Assembly (NCBI GenBank): GCA_964036045.1
Contig: OZ038378.1
Coordinates: 177,754,001 to 177,818,000 of the forward strand
Reading direction: 5' to 3'
DNA: 64,000 nt
DNA from: Eutreptiella sp. 'Long Island Sound 2002'
Taxonomy: Eukaryota; Protista; Euglenida
Shown here: positions 22,292 to 35,829 of the stretch, in pieces
How positions within the stretch are numbered: the stretch's first letter is position 1
How the letters are laid out: every line of letters starts with the position of its first letter
Notes under the pieces: model-generated
Seen by the model: only the letters and a program-made list of their open reading frames with translations
The model's database searches: none
What the model was told of the DNA's origin: nothing
Program-made: the position numbers and the translations under genes

Positions 22292-24678
22292 CGTGTTACT
22301 CATTTCTGGGCACTGACAGTGCCCATTGGTAATATCATTGGATTGCTTAGAATTTCTTCGTGGACGTGTAGTATTCGGTACGCTTCTGTAGCATGGACCT
22401 CTCTTGGCACTGTGAGCAATGCGCCGCCAACAGATGTCAGATCGGGTCTCCAGTCGGTGTTCATTCTTGAACAACAGAGAAACCATGCGATAAGACGCCC
22501 CACTAACGGACATATTACAAGGCAGCAACACAGCTGGTTTTGTGTCGCTGTGTTTTGTGTAATTGTGGATCATAACCAGGATGCTGTATTGCTGTCAGGA
22601 AAATTCGTGTTGGCTTAATGGCGTTTGTTTTTTGCAACAGTTTTCATATTTACAGCAGCCCATCAGCCACAGGCTGTCATCTACACCACCATGGCTGGAT
22701 GGGATGTTTGTACCCCAGTGTCCGCATCGCCGATTCCTAAAACGGCAAACACCCTTTCTAGGACTCATTTTGGAGTGTTGCACCAGAAGACTCAGGCCTG
22801 GAAGCAAGATATGCACTTTTCAGGCAATGAAACCTGCGCCTTGCGGCCATTAACGAGTGCATCCACATTATCGCTGTTGGCGAAACGGGGGGGGGGGGGC
22901 GTGGTCCACGTGCCAACTCCACCACCCCACCCACCCCACCCCATGCCCCAACAGTGCGTTAAACCCCCCTCCCCCCCCCCCCTGCACACACCGTACGCCA
23001 ACGGGTTTGGCATCCAACCCCCCCCCTCTTGTTGGACATGCCCATGTCACGGTCCGGCTCGTTGCGCCTCGTATACAGCATGGCGCTCCGTGCCTCACGT
23101 ACAGTTTGATGGCCTCAGGACTGAAAAAAAAAAGATCTGGTCTACTCCACAACATGCAGACTTGTAGCTGATAGTGTCTACAAATCATAGCTCTGCTGCG
23201 GGCCGTGGTGGGTGCTGGCACACGCACCAAGCTTCCACCCCATGCGCCAACAGAGTGCCAACGCCCCCCCAGCCCCCACCCCGGTCTGTTGGCGCGCGCC
23301 AGTGTAGATGCTATGCGTCAACGGCAATTGTGTTAGATGGGGCAGTCCGTTTTTTCATCTGCCCGGCTGGTGAGTTCTCAGGCATCATCGATCTGTGCAG
23401 AGATGCAGCCATTTGCCAGGATGGCATACGACAGGGCAAGGATACATGGGCAGTCACAAAAACGGGTCAAAACAGATTGTTCCCAAATTGAACGGCAGGA
23501 TTGAGTATGGGGTTCAATGGTTTTGCATTGTGAACACCCATTTTTGACCCACCAAAGCCGCCAACAAGCTGTGAAATGCGCAGAATACGACAGAAACAGG
23601 CTAGTCCACGAAATTGTCCAACAGTTTTCCGGCCTCTGAAGGGGTTGTGGCTCTCACTGGTGAGGGTATCGTGGGAAGATTGTGAGTTGCGCATGGTGGA
23701 AAGGATGTAGGAATAGCAATATATGTGGTGGCGCAAGATGATTTCATTGCAAATTTGCTGTTAGTGCCTTTCGCTCATCAAAGTCCACTTCTGCAATCTT
23801 CGCCAGCAGCTTCTGCCATGCATTGACCTGCATTTTGTCCCTGAACCCAGCTTTTGCCCCCATGTTGACCGAAATCCAAGTACAGTGTGTGAACCACATG
23901 TGTGCAAAATGGAGGCCAAGGCAGCTTCACAATTGCCCTTGGCACATCAAATTTTTCGGAGGCCTGTGGGTCTCAGAAAGGGACAATGGGGGCAACCATG
24001 TGTCAAGGCTTCTGGTACGCGTGGTGCACGCACCTGGAGCGCCTTGTGCAAATCTTGGTGCAGTAGTTCTTTGGCTGAACATTGCTTCACAGCCTCAGCC
24101 CCGTTCGGAGTGATTTGATGGTTGTCAGGTTATTGTGAGGCAGTAAGAGGGCTTTGAATGAGTTCTAACCCTTTATAGAGTTGCTTTGCCCCTTCGCCAT
24201 CCCTATTTGGTCCTTGGCCAACTTAGCTTCGCGATTTTAGGCAGTTTTCTAGTCATTCTGGCACTCCCATCTCGCTTCAGCACCATGACTGGGTTCCAAC
24301 TTTATTTCAGGGGAGTGAGTAATAGTGGTTGCACATGGGTTGTCTGTCTTGTCCTTGCACCCCTTTCAAGCTCCACTAGTCAGTTTGCTGGTGATAGGTG
24401 CGGGGGCTCTAGGGGCAGACCGTCCGTGGTCTGTTTTTGTTGCAGCGTATATGTGTACATACCCTGCAGTGTGCAGATACATGCTACTCAGGGCAATCTG
24501 CCCTCGGTGATAGCAGAAGCGAGGCTGCCAACTGCTGCACCTCTGGCCAGAATGGTGTGCGTAGTATGTTTTGTTGAGTCTCGTTTTATTGGATGGCGTG
24601 TGTGTGGTGGTGGGGGGTCGTGGGGGGGTAGTGTATGTTTTGAGATGCAGCTTCAAGCCACTGAGCCCTGAATGGGTA

Positions 24679-25386
24679 AACCCCCCCCCCATTTAGAATG
24701 ACCCAGTCGTTAATTTCGGGCAGCACGGTGCAAAATTTCCCGGGTGTCGTTGTAATTGGGGTTCTGTACATACCTTCCCATTGTTGGGGTAACAATTTCA
24801 GGTGACACTGTGGTGTTGCGCCCAGTGGTGATCTTTAAAGGGGAAGGGAATGTCTCTGCTGCTGAAAAGCGCTTATATGATGACCGTGTCATTGTGCTCT
24901 TTCAAAAAAAAGGTGTCACCGATGAAAAAGTGATGGTTCCGGCTTTTCAGGGCTGGTTCCCAGCAAACGCCTCCCCTGTCAGCATTGTGCAGGATGCAGC
25001 CAGGTATGAAATGGTGGATGCTGTCATGGAGCAGTTCAAGAAGGATGCACTGGCTGCTGCAAAACCTGCTGCAGAGGCCAAACCGAAGCCAAAACCCAAG
25101 GCTGCACCAAAGCAACTGCCCATTACCTCTTTTTTGCGTTAGCAACTGTGCCTGTGCACCATTGCCTGTGCACCTGTCCATGAGCCTCAGCAACTGTTGG
25201 GCACTGCAGTTTGAATTGGAAGTCCATTTCCTGTCCACCTGTCCATGTGTCTCACTCTTTGCCTGGGGTTTGGGCCTGAGAAGGGGTCGGTTTATTTGGT
25301 TGGCATGCCCCGGGAAACACGGGGGGTCGTTGTATACGGGGGGGTCGTTCTAGTGGGGAGGGTCGTTGTAAACGGGGGGGGGGGGT
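24679..25386 (+). mobile_element. Internally deleted pogo-like DNA transposon with imperfect TIRs
   Basis: The left end TA-AA-C10-ATTTAGAATGACCC and the right end GGGTCGTTGTAAAC-G12-T-TA are inverted copies. Three GGGTCGTTSTA subterminal repeats lie at 25321-25370. ORF 24756-25142 (PVVIFKGEG...FQKKG...VQDAAR) resembles part of a DDE_1 domain. Confidence 0.7.
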
Positions 25387-26849
25387 TAGAAGACTTTGGC
25401 TTGTATTCACGGAATATACTGCAGTTTATGCCATTTCCACACTTGGACAGACTTTGAGAGTGTCGATTTTTGCCTTCGCAATGCATATCTCTCGGGGATG
25501 TTGATTGTGCGCCAACTCGGTGGGTTTTGGCATTTTCCCTGGAGTTTTTGAACTCTTCGTCCCATGCTCCAAATTATCGTTCCCTTGGTGGGGGGGTTCA
25601 TGTGTGTATTTTTTGAAATCCATAAGAAACGGCCGTTTCAGAAATGTATGGGTTAGGGGGGGGGGGGTCCGAAACCATATTTTTGCAGAATCGGAGGCCG
25701 AAGTTGGCCGCTGCTAGGATTTTCAGCGATCTGTCCGCGCAGCTTGCACAGGTTTGCAGCTCAGGTTTCCCTTTGCCGGGGGAAGCTCTAACATATCGCT
25801 ATCTGACAACACAATCAAATCGGCTATATTGATGAACTTTGGTGTGCAGAAGTCAAAAATGCAAGAGTTAGGCCTCAACGACACAATATGATAGAGGTAT
25901 TGGCCGTTTGGTGTCAAGGAGTAGACAATCGCAAACTTGTCCCGACATGCGCATGAGTCTCTGTTGCTGTGAACCGATTGTACGAGGTTTCTTGGCCTGC
26001 TTGGCAGGATGCCGAGTCACCTGCACCCACTCTGCACCCCTAGAGCGAGCCCGAAAGGCTTTTGTGGTGCATCTGGGGTAGCAACAGCCCGTGGAGTGAA
26101 TTTGTATGCGGACATGGTAGCTGCCTGGTGACAAAAAGAGGCAGCAAGCAACACAGGCATCGTCCAAAACGAACAAAAATCTCAAACATATTGTCAGTAC
26201 AGCATGCAGACCCAGGGTGTTCCAACGTCCCCGAGAGATATGTAAATGTACACAGGGGCTACAAACTGTGCACAACGTCTACACGATGCATGCAAAAGCC
26301 ATGCACAGTGTACGGACACAGTATACAGTTTGTAGACGCAGTTCACATGTTTACCCGTGCATGGGTTGTAGAAATTGTGCAAAATTTGTAAACGCTGTGC
26401 CGCACGTGAGAGCTGCCACCCAAGCCCAGAGAGGAGTTGCTGCCAGCCTGCTGATAGACAATTTTGGTCACTGGACTGGACCAGGTCTGGATCTGGAAAT
26501 GTGTGGACCCGTGCTGCTGTCAAGAGATGGGCTGGATTGTCGACGGGTTCAGCCGCCCTCCTCCAAACCCAAACCATGGCGGGGAAGTGAACCTGCACCC
26601 CCCCCCCCCCGCCCCTGGCCAAAACTGAGTAAGCCAGGCGACAGACACAGGCTGAACAGGTGTGGAGGAGGCTGGGCCTGGATGAAATGCCCCCACCAGC
26701 CAGCACAGAAGGCTCGCAGCCCTCTGTTCCAGGAGGGGCATTGCCAGCAATGACGGAGGAGCTGGACGCCCCACTGGAGGAGTCAGACTTGCCACTGCAG
26801 CCACGGCTCCTCTTCGCTCCTGAGGATCAGAAGGGGCATGCACTGAGTC

Positions 26850-27650
26850 CAGCACCACAACCACCGAATGAGATCCTGGAGGATGCCGAGACCGCACCTG
26901 GAGCAAAGGTGAGCATCTCCGCGGAGGGCTATGCTGATGACTTGTACATGCCAGCCCTTTGTCTGAGGTCGCTCACACTCATGCGGATGGCCACCAGCAA
27001 ATGGCTGAAACTCGGGAGCACGAGGTAAATGCCAAAAAGTCACAAGCCTTCTCAGTCCAACACACAGCGAGAGGCCAAGCAACAGAACCAGAAGCCATGC
27101 CGGATAGACAACTCCAACTGGTGTGGCATGAGTCCTGACAGCCAGGCATTCGTGTGTATGTGCCGAGTTCGGGGAACAAGCCCACTACAAGAGAAGAGAG
27201 TTTGGGAGGTCCTGGCAGACCGGAGCTGGCAGTATTGCCCCCAAGCTGGTGGCCAGCTTGGAGTCTGCGGTCATGCATGCGCTGCAGGTTTTCAAGGGGG
27301 TGGTGGTGGTGGATGTAGCCGGGTCCAGCGCCCTGGTGCACCTAGTGCAAGTGTCGCAAAGCTACGTGGAACACATCTTTTGGGAAGAATTGCGCCAGTG
27401 CAAGCTGATGGCCTTGGAGGCCAGACGGCCCCAACTGTTCATGGGCATGGGAGCAAAGCTCCACAGGGGCCTGATCCTATTGCCAATCACCAAATGCGCT
27501 ACGGAGCGCAACAAGGTGTTGCCCAGGGAGTCTTGGTAGGGTTGATTGGGATAGTGGATAGGGCCTTCATGAGCGGCCTCAAGCCGACTGTGCCAGCCAG
27601 CCAGCCAGCCAACCCGTCCTACCCCCCTGTTTCAAGCCAAAGGTTTCAAA
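26850..27650 (+). mobile_element. Degenerate non-LTR retrotransposon RT fragment
   Basis: GYADDLY at about 26927-26947, then VNAKKS (27025-27042) after a frameshift. This is the YADD plus thumb signature of LINE RTs. Confidence 0.55.
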
Positions 27651-29272
27651 AATGAAGGATTTAGCCTTCAACGGGCCAACGGGTTGGTGCTGCGTGAAGT
27701 TTGGTAGGATTTAATAGTGCATGACTGGGTGTGTGTTTATTGGGTTGCCCCTGCTGAAATTCTCCAACATGTCGCATTGTTGAGCCGTATCTCTTGCATA
27801 TTTGGATTTATCACATCAAAGTGGACAAATGCAATCATTGACTTTGGGGTGAAATGACAATATTTTGGTGTTCTGGTCCAAGCAAGTTCCAGTCCAAGTC
27901 CCATGTTGCCCTGACAATTGCCGGATGACCTTGGCCCCCAACAACTCCCCAATGGCTCTCCAAAAAGCCCTTTTCATGCACATGTCAAAAAAGTATACAC
28001 GTACCCCCCCCCCCCCCCCCTGGCTGTGGGATGCGGATGTTGAATGCTAACCTTTACCACACAAGCACAAGGCTGCGGAGCAACAAAGTCAGAACAAAAG
28101 GCTCTTCAGTGACATTGCCATGGGCATCTTTCGCTGTGATAAAATGCAGTACCCTGTCTAAAGCGTCTCTGAGGGCTCATATAGACATCACTACGCAGAC
28201 TATCCTACAATATGTCAGACACATCGCTTGAGACTCATTCTTCAATTGAAATAAAGGAAAACCCACCTGGTATCATTACAGCTGTTGGCAGCAGGCAAAC
28301 CATGTACCATCCAAAAAAGACAGAATTCTCCATCATATCATTAGTTCAGCACACAGACCCAGGGTGTTCCAAACAGCCCTTTTTAAAGGGCTTTCTGAGT
28401 ATCCTCCCCCCTCCCGCCTCTACATGACGAACTGCCCAGTGCAGGGTTGGGAAGGGAGGGCAGAGCAGAGAAGGGACAAGGGTAGGGGACGTGCATTTGA
28501 ACAATTGAGTTGTTGCATAATGTGGAAGAGCATGTAGCAGTCTGGCATGGTCAGGACCATGCTGGTCATTTGAAAGCCTGACATCATGCCCCTCCCCTCC
28601 TGCATGGCACACAGCGGGCACCAATGAGGCAACACTGTCACCGACCATGGAAAATGCTCTGTGTTGGCACTTTTACTGGGTTCCCAAGAGGTAGTTTTTG
28701 TAGATCGACAGCCCTCGGCCCAGAACAGGGATGCGAAACCTTTTGATTCACTGCCATCTCAGCATTGTCCCATATATTCCAATTGGAACTATACTTGTGC
28801 GCCACTTGTTCTGGGATGACGAGCAGCTCCGGAGTGTTCTCAAGTCTTGGGGCCGTCCAAATCTGCGTGTGGATTCCTGAGCGCAGGATTTGATTAGAAC
28901 CCTGTTGCGCATGCCCCGACATCTGCCAGATCTTTGCATCCATTTCTTCCAAACGGGCCACATCACCCATGGTGTCACTGGTCCTTTGTGTACATAGATA
29001 CTGTGCACATGTTACAGATGCAAAATGCCAAAGTGCCAATATTTGGGAGGGGGCCGGACGTCTCCCTCCCAAAAGAGTGTTGAGCTACTCCGTTTACCCA
29101 TGCGCAGTTGGTAGACACTGTGTATTTTACATAATCACACATAATCATACTCACACTGAGGGCGTACCAAAATGGATGATACCATATCTTCGTGTACATC
29201 CAAATATTATGTGTAATAGTCCTCCCAATACTACGCCCCGCGCGTAATTTTGTGCTTGCTTCCAACTGTCAG

Positions 29273-32190
29273 ATTCCCAGATTCCCAGCAATTGGCATAT
29301 CGTATGCCCGGCTGGGCAATTTAACAGGCTACCGACGTTTGTGGGAGTGCGCCCTGGGTTATGTACCAGCCGCTGGGCCATCGCACACAGTCGACTATGG
29401 AATGAAATCACTGCTTCATGATGCTGCCTTTTGGCTAGCAGCCTTGTTATGCCACTCCGACCCCACGCAAACCCTTGATCTGTCCGCTGGTAGTCGCCTG
29501 CTGCAGCTGCTCCGCAATGGGCAGGACCAACACAACGGCACTCAATTCGCCTACAAAATCGCGGACGTGGATCTGACCACCGCAGTCCCGGAGCATCGTG
29601 AGCTTCTACGTGCGTTGCAAAGCGGATCCATGGACGACCTCTTCGACACAGACCGCCGTGTTGAGTTCCCGATGTTCGGCAAGTGTCAACTCCCGCCATC
29701 TCCATTTCTGCGGACTCTGCGCGACAGCGCCTTGACGCTGTATTTTGTGAATTTGTTTCGGTTGCTGACACAGTTCCGCGGGCCCGTCTGCTCCGCCCCT
29801 TGCGACCACTGCAACAGTGCGTTGTGCGTCGAGATGCACCTCGACATCTCTCGTTTCGATCTCTTCCACGCGCACATGTGCGTGAACGAGGACGTCAGGT
29901 TTTTGCTGTCAGCGCAAGGCGCAGGGCACGGCACAATGGCCAGGGCATGGCATCATACACCAGGTTCCACAGGGGAATGGTAGCTCGGCGCTGGTTCGGC
30001 GGCGACTGTGGCGACTGTAGGATATCGGCGCAACCCACTGAGGACCCGGCAAGAGTGCATGTGACTAGAGCAGAATGTGCCTTGAACTGGGAGTCTGCAT
30101 AAGTGTTCAGGTGCCCTGTAACCCTCACTCTTGGACCATGAACAGGGTCGAGGGCCGAAAGACTCGAGTGCAGAATTCCCTCCTTGTTTTTGACGGGCGC
30201 TGAAGAAGAAAGCCGTTGGATCAAGGCCACTTCGTACCAGGACTTACGAATAATTTTACGAATAAAAGTTCGCCAGGCCACGCTTCTTGTTCGTTTGCAG
30301 ATGCACATTGCAGGAACAGGAAGTATAATATCACTGTCAAAGTGGATGCCTTGCTATTTTGGCGTCACTGTGTGTAATTTTGTTCGCTCGAAAGAGGCAG
30401 CAGTTGTTTGGTTTTCTTGGGCCCCCTGGCCTAATTTTCTTCAGGGATCTGATGGAGTGGGCGCTAATGCAGTCGCTCCCGTGTGGACATTCCATCGCCT
30501 TCAACAAGGGTCTGGGAGGAAGTGGTGGCTGATGGAATCGGGTTGTGAAGATGTCGCATGCACAACAACAGCGGCAGGAACCACTCGCTAACACATGCCT
30601 TATCAGTGTGGCAACGAGGGTTAATGGTTTGGTGAGCCATGCGTTACGCAACGCAAAAAAAAAGACGGCGTTGGAGAGCGCCCTCCGACTTTGACGGCTT
30701 GGGGTTGGATGGTGCGCCAGGCCCAGGCATAGCGAGCAGGCACCCAGGACCAGACCCGAAATGGTCGAGCAGTAGAGATTCCCTGGGACCCACACCAGCC
30801 GTGCCTTCGAGATACCTGCCACCCCCCCCCCCCCGCGGGCGGACGGGCGCTATGTGCATGGTCTACCACCGCCGCGCCAGCTAAGGCCAACATGCCATCA
30901 AACAGCATGCAACTATGCCCAGGACAGACTGGGATATGTGGGCCAGCAGAAGCAAGTGGCCAAAACCACCAACACCAAGCACACCGACACCAACAAGGAG
31001 CCCCCTTGAGCCAGGATCTTCCTCCTCAAGGGGAAGCAGGGGGCAGGGTGCTACGAACCCACTCCCACTCCCCCTCCCCCGCCCCCTCCTCTAACTCCTC
31101 CCTACAGCAACACGCTCCCCCGCCACCCAATGCCCCCCAGGGCAGAAAGAATAGGGAGGGCCCAGAGGAAACTGGGCATGGGGAAAGGGACGAACAAGGG
31201 GAGATAACAGGACAGGGCAGACCGCGCTCGCCGAAAACGGTGCAGAGCGCAGAAGGAGGAGAAGGAAAGGACAAAAGGGAAAGAATCATTGTGGTTGTTC
31301 GAAGCCCCACTCAGGAAAATTAGCCTGCAGATGCACACCCCAGCACGCACAAGTCAGTGCTGGAGTCGGCAAACCCAGCATGGACTCGGAGTGTGCATCT
31401 GGATGCACCTGGTCAACGGCACGGGCAACAGCCCGTCTCCGGGACAGTCGACCCCGGGGTTAGACTGAGCAGTGGCGAGAGGCCAATAGGCGCCGCCAAA
31501 GGCAAACAATCTAATACCGAGGCCTTGTGCCAACACCCCCCCCCCCCCCGCCGCCAGTTTACGGTGCCAGCGCCGTAAACATTTATGTGGCAAGTCTGCT
31601 AATCCTTCTTACAGCCCCTCTTGCACATTGTTCGAATGAAACAAAATTCCCAGTGATCGGCATGGCAATTCTCGTGGCGCGTGCCCCACGTTTACGGCTT
31701 TGGGCCTGCGCACAGTGCACCCCAAAATTCAACAAACATGCCCTTCCCCACTCCTGTGTCCAGGTGCGCCGTGCTCCTGTTTCACGCGATGGAGTACCCA
31801 CCGCTGACGAAGCAGTTCCCAGTCAATCTGGGCTACTGCCAAGCCAACAGCAGCCTTGCGTTCAACGCCTCTGCCTTCCCCTTCCGCAACGCCCTGTGGG
31901 TGCTCCCCCTGGACGCCCCAGCAGAGGCCGCCCTGTGGCTACTGGACGCACGCCGCCCGTCGTTGGTGTGGACTGACGTACTCAGCCCCTGGGCCCGCCC
32001 TGTGTTTGTGGTTGAAGAGGAGCGGCTGGGGACGCCGGTGGCGGACGTGTTCCTGCTGGACTCAACGCCGCTGTGCTTTTACTCGCGGGATAAGACGGCC
32101 GGGCCGGAGCCGGACCGACAGAGCAGAGTGGCCGGGCGACAGGGCAGCCGGGCGGTGCCGGCACAAGGCAACCGCAAGAGGCTTTGCTGA
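29273..32190 (+). CDS. Hypothetical spliced protein, at least 2 exons
   Basis: Candidate exons about 29273-29898 and 31764-32190 are long, GC-rich open frames. The phase-2 donor (AG|GT at 29898) matches the acceptor (CCAG|G at 31764). No family recognised, and the 5' end is unresolved. Confidence 0.45.
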
Positions 32191-35100
32191 GGGGAGCTTG
32201 GGCCGTTGGGGAGCGGGCACGGTCGCAGGGTAGTGCACGGGCAGTGGCAGTATGTCTCGCTGTGTGAAGGCTCCGCACAACAATGGGTCGTTACTGATCC
32301 CCAAGGGGCAATCCATCGGACCCACCCTTGCGGCTCTGTGTCCCTCCCTTGCGATGACCACTGGCTGTAAATTTCACGAACCCAAGCACCGTGGTGCCAT
32401 GCTGCTGGATGGCACAGGCTGCGGCGGTGTCGACACGGTTTCGCACACTCACCGTGTGTCCCTGCCATCTCCCCACCAGTGACCATGCTTCAGGTGTTTG
32501 AAGCAAACACACTATGCAACTGCAGGGACAAGCCAGTCCAATTGCTGGGTCACCAAACACTTCATTAACAAACAAAGATAGACAGCTGGAAGAAACACGT
32601 AGCCCACCCCTCAAAACGCACTGGACACACTGCAGCACCAGATCCAAAACCAACACAAATTCCAGAACATCTCCTCCAATGGCCAGCAGTTGTCGTTGTG
32701 GGTGTACTGGAAGTGTCCTGTACACGAACCTGTTCCACGAACCCGAGCTGGGGGCACAGCATAAATGGGTCACCTGCAGATTTTCCGTCGAAACTACCTT
32801 GTGCCCTGTCAAGGCGAAGACAACGGGGAGTAGCTCCATGCCTTTGAATCATCCTGGGCACGAAGTCCGTGCATGCTCGTGCCACAGTCTTCCCTACAGC
32901 CCTGGCCCTCTCACTGACCCCCCCCCCCATGGTATGGGGTGCATTTGGAGTGCATGAGTGGTAATTCAGGTCAGCAGAAATCTCTTATGCCCTGTCAAGG
33001 CGGAGACAGCAGGGACTGGATGCATCACCCCACACCACAGTCCTCCCTCCCTATCCCCTGCGGCTCACCCCAAGGGGGGCAGCCTGTTCGAACCCAGGAC
33101 CCTCCCGCCCCCCTCCAGACCCCCCAAAGTTTTCGAACCCGTCTTTCTCCAATTTGAGGTTTTGGGGAAAAGTGCTGGCGCCAAAGGTGCCGAATTTTTT
33201 TTTGCCTCCTGAGGGGGTATTTTTTTTTCCCCCATCCGTCTCTCCTCAAAATACTCAGTTCAAAAATGGGTGAAAAACACAAAAAAATTAATCCCGGTCT
33301 GACCTCCGGGTCGGACCTTGGCTGATGGGAGCCCTGATGGGCAAATTTTTTTCTGAACATTTATGTGTACGTCCAAAATGATCAGTGCATCATGGGGATC
33401 ATTTTGAGGTATTTATGTTCGGGTACCCACCGACCCCCCCCCCCCCCCCCTCAAGACCCCCAAAAGTTTGCGCACCCGGTTGGGGTCCTGGATTCAAACA
33501 GGCCGCCCCCCCTTGGCTCTCCCTCTTCGCGTGTGTCACAGTCCTGCCGCAGTACGCAAGGGTGTTTGGTGTGGCAGCAGGTATGGCCTTGGTGGCACAA
33601 CTTGCAGAAAAACTCACATGAATTGCATTTTTGCGCACCCCTTGTTGGCACAAAGCTCACAGGCGCCCAGAATTTCTGCACTGCCAACCTCTTCAGCTGG
33701 CACATGCGTAGATTTCTGGGACCAGATCCCCTCAAGCACATATGACCACCTGCCATAAGGTTAATATTTTACCCCCCCCCCCCTGTCCAGCCCCCCCCCC
33801 CCGCTTGTCCATCCCCCCACCTTGGGTGGGGGGTCACCGGCTCCAGAAGTTCCAAAAGAAATCACATCAGTATCATATTGCACAGGACCACAACTGTGAG
33901 ACATCGTTGTCAGAGCTCATGTACACCTCCTTTTTCTCGACCCATTGCACTCCTCAGACCTCTGAAAATGTTCCCTTTGAGACCGCACGCCCCTGCTCCC
34001 ACCCTGACCCGTCATCACATGGCACTATGGATCAGGGATAGTTGGAAAAAAAATCATGAAAAGAAGCCCTGACGAGTGCCACAATTGGTGCCTATTTCCC
34101 AGATGGTCGCAAGTGATAGTGACAAAAGTGGTTTGGGTGAAGTCTGGGAAACTGGGGGTTACGCCACACCATGTGCCTGGGTTTGGCCTGCGGTGATGTC
34201 GGGGGGGGGGGGGTCACTTGGCGACAATCCCCCCCTGGGGTGGGGGGAAATGGTCGTCCCTCGGGTGGGGATGGACAAGGGGGGAGGGCATTTCACAGCC
34301 CCCGACATGCTCAATATGCACCAAGACCGAAATGTTCTCGTGCAATTGATACTCACCACCCTGCCAAAGGGGGAGCATTAGCGCGCCGGGCATCTTTTTT
34401 GACCTGTGCCCCACTGGTGGCCTTTTAGGGCCAGTCAGTCCGTATTTTGTTGCATTTTACTGTTTTACACAATTTCGCATTTGGAGGCAAGTCCGTCACC
34501 CCCCCTCCAGACCATGGGAGCATGTCCCGCCTCATGTTTGGACTGACCAAAGCAACTCGGCCGCCACGCAAGATGAGGCAGAGGATGAGGCAGAAGTGTG
34601 TGTGTTGTGTTGTCAGAAGCGCTCCACCGTCACAGTTTGTGATGAGTGTAAGGAGCACTATTATACTGAATGTATTGACACCCACACTTGTGGGACCAAT
34701 GTTGTTTGTTATGTATAATACAAATGACATTTGGAGCCGTTGAATTCACAACTATTGCTTTATTATGCAACGTGCTTTGTAGGGAAGGTGTGCAGTGCCA
34801 CGTGGTCTACTTGGGCGGTTTCTCCATGAGAGGGTAAATCTGGGGCTGAAGTCGGGTTAGTTAATAGAAAAATAGTGTGCCGGGCAAACATTCCCCCAAA
34901 ATGTCACCTGTGCCTTGCCACTAGGAATTTCGTTGAACCCATGGTTGGCAAACCACTATTGAGGATCACTGGCGGCGAGGGGCATAGGGTAGGAGGTAAA
35001 GGGGAGCCACATGTGATGTGTGTCTAGTGCAGTTGTGTGGCATGGCGCGGTGGTGATAGGCCTTTGCTTAGTGGCATGCCTACCCTACGAGGGGGGGGGG

Positions 35101-35829
35101 GGATGCCTTTTTGAAAAAGTTGGGTGCCTCCTTCAGCCGGGACCCACCCCCCTGGGTAAGGGTAGGTCACCGGTGGGTCCTTTTTTTTGTCCGCTTTGAG
35201 GAAGTCAGTCGCTAGGCCTTGAACTATGGGGGTGTTGCTTGTGCTGTACTGTGGCCTGTGCTTGCTGTGCTGTGACCTATGCCTATTGTGACCTATGCCT
35301 ATTGTTCCCTGTACCAGCTCACCATGAAAGTAACATGCAGACGTGGCATGGTGGTGTGCCATTTTTCTTTGCCAGCATTCTCAAATATGAAGCGAATTGC
35401 AAGTTGATGTTACTGTCAGGGTTTGGGTTAGGGTCACCGAGCTGGTGGAACCAGCCTTGGTTTTATAACCCTGTTTAATGTCCAGGGTGGACCAGGTTTG
35501 GCAAGCAAGCAAGCAGCAAACAAGCAACACGCAAGCAAGTAGCAAGCACGAGCAAAATGGGCAAAATCACAGCCCCTTCGCGGTGCTTCGGATTCAGCCA
35601 AAATTTTGGTGGATGCTACCTATGGGTGTGAGGGACAACCTCACAAAGTATAAGCCAAAAACACAACGGTGGCGGCCGGGAACAGGCGTCGGAAGTGCTG
35701 GACCTCCATTTCAAAATCTGCAATTTGGGGCCAAAATCAGCCTTTTTTTGCCCAAAACCACCCTAGAACCTGCTGGAAACGGCCAAATGAAGGGAAACAA
35801 TGCCTACTCTACACATGCAGCTAGACTTC

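Noticed and set aside
26193-28380. Shared CAGACCCAGGGTGTTCCAA at about 26208 and 28354 as a TSD or LTR pair
   Set aside because: The match is short, the flanks diverge, and no coherent element lies between them.
33060-33500. G/C-run-rich block with a 30-bp direct repeat (about 33112 and 33448)
   Set aside because: Probably an interspersed repeat fragment, but its ends cannot be defined from this window.
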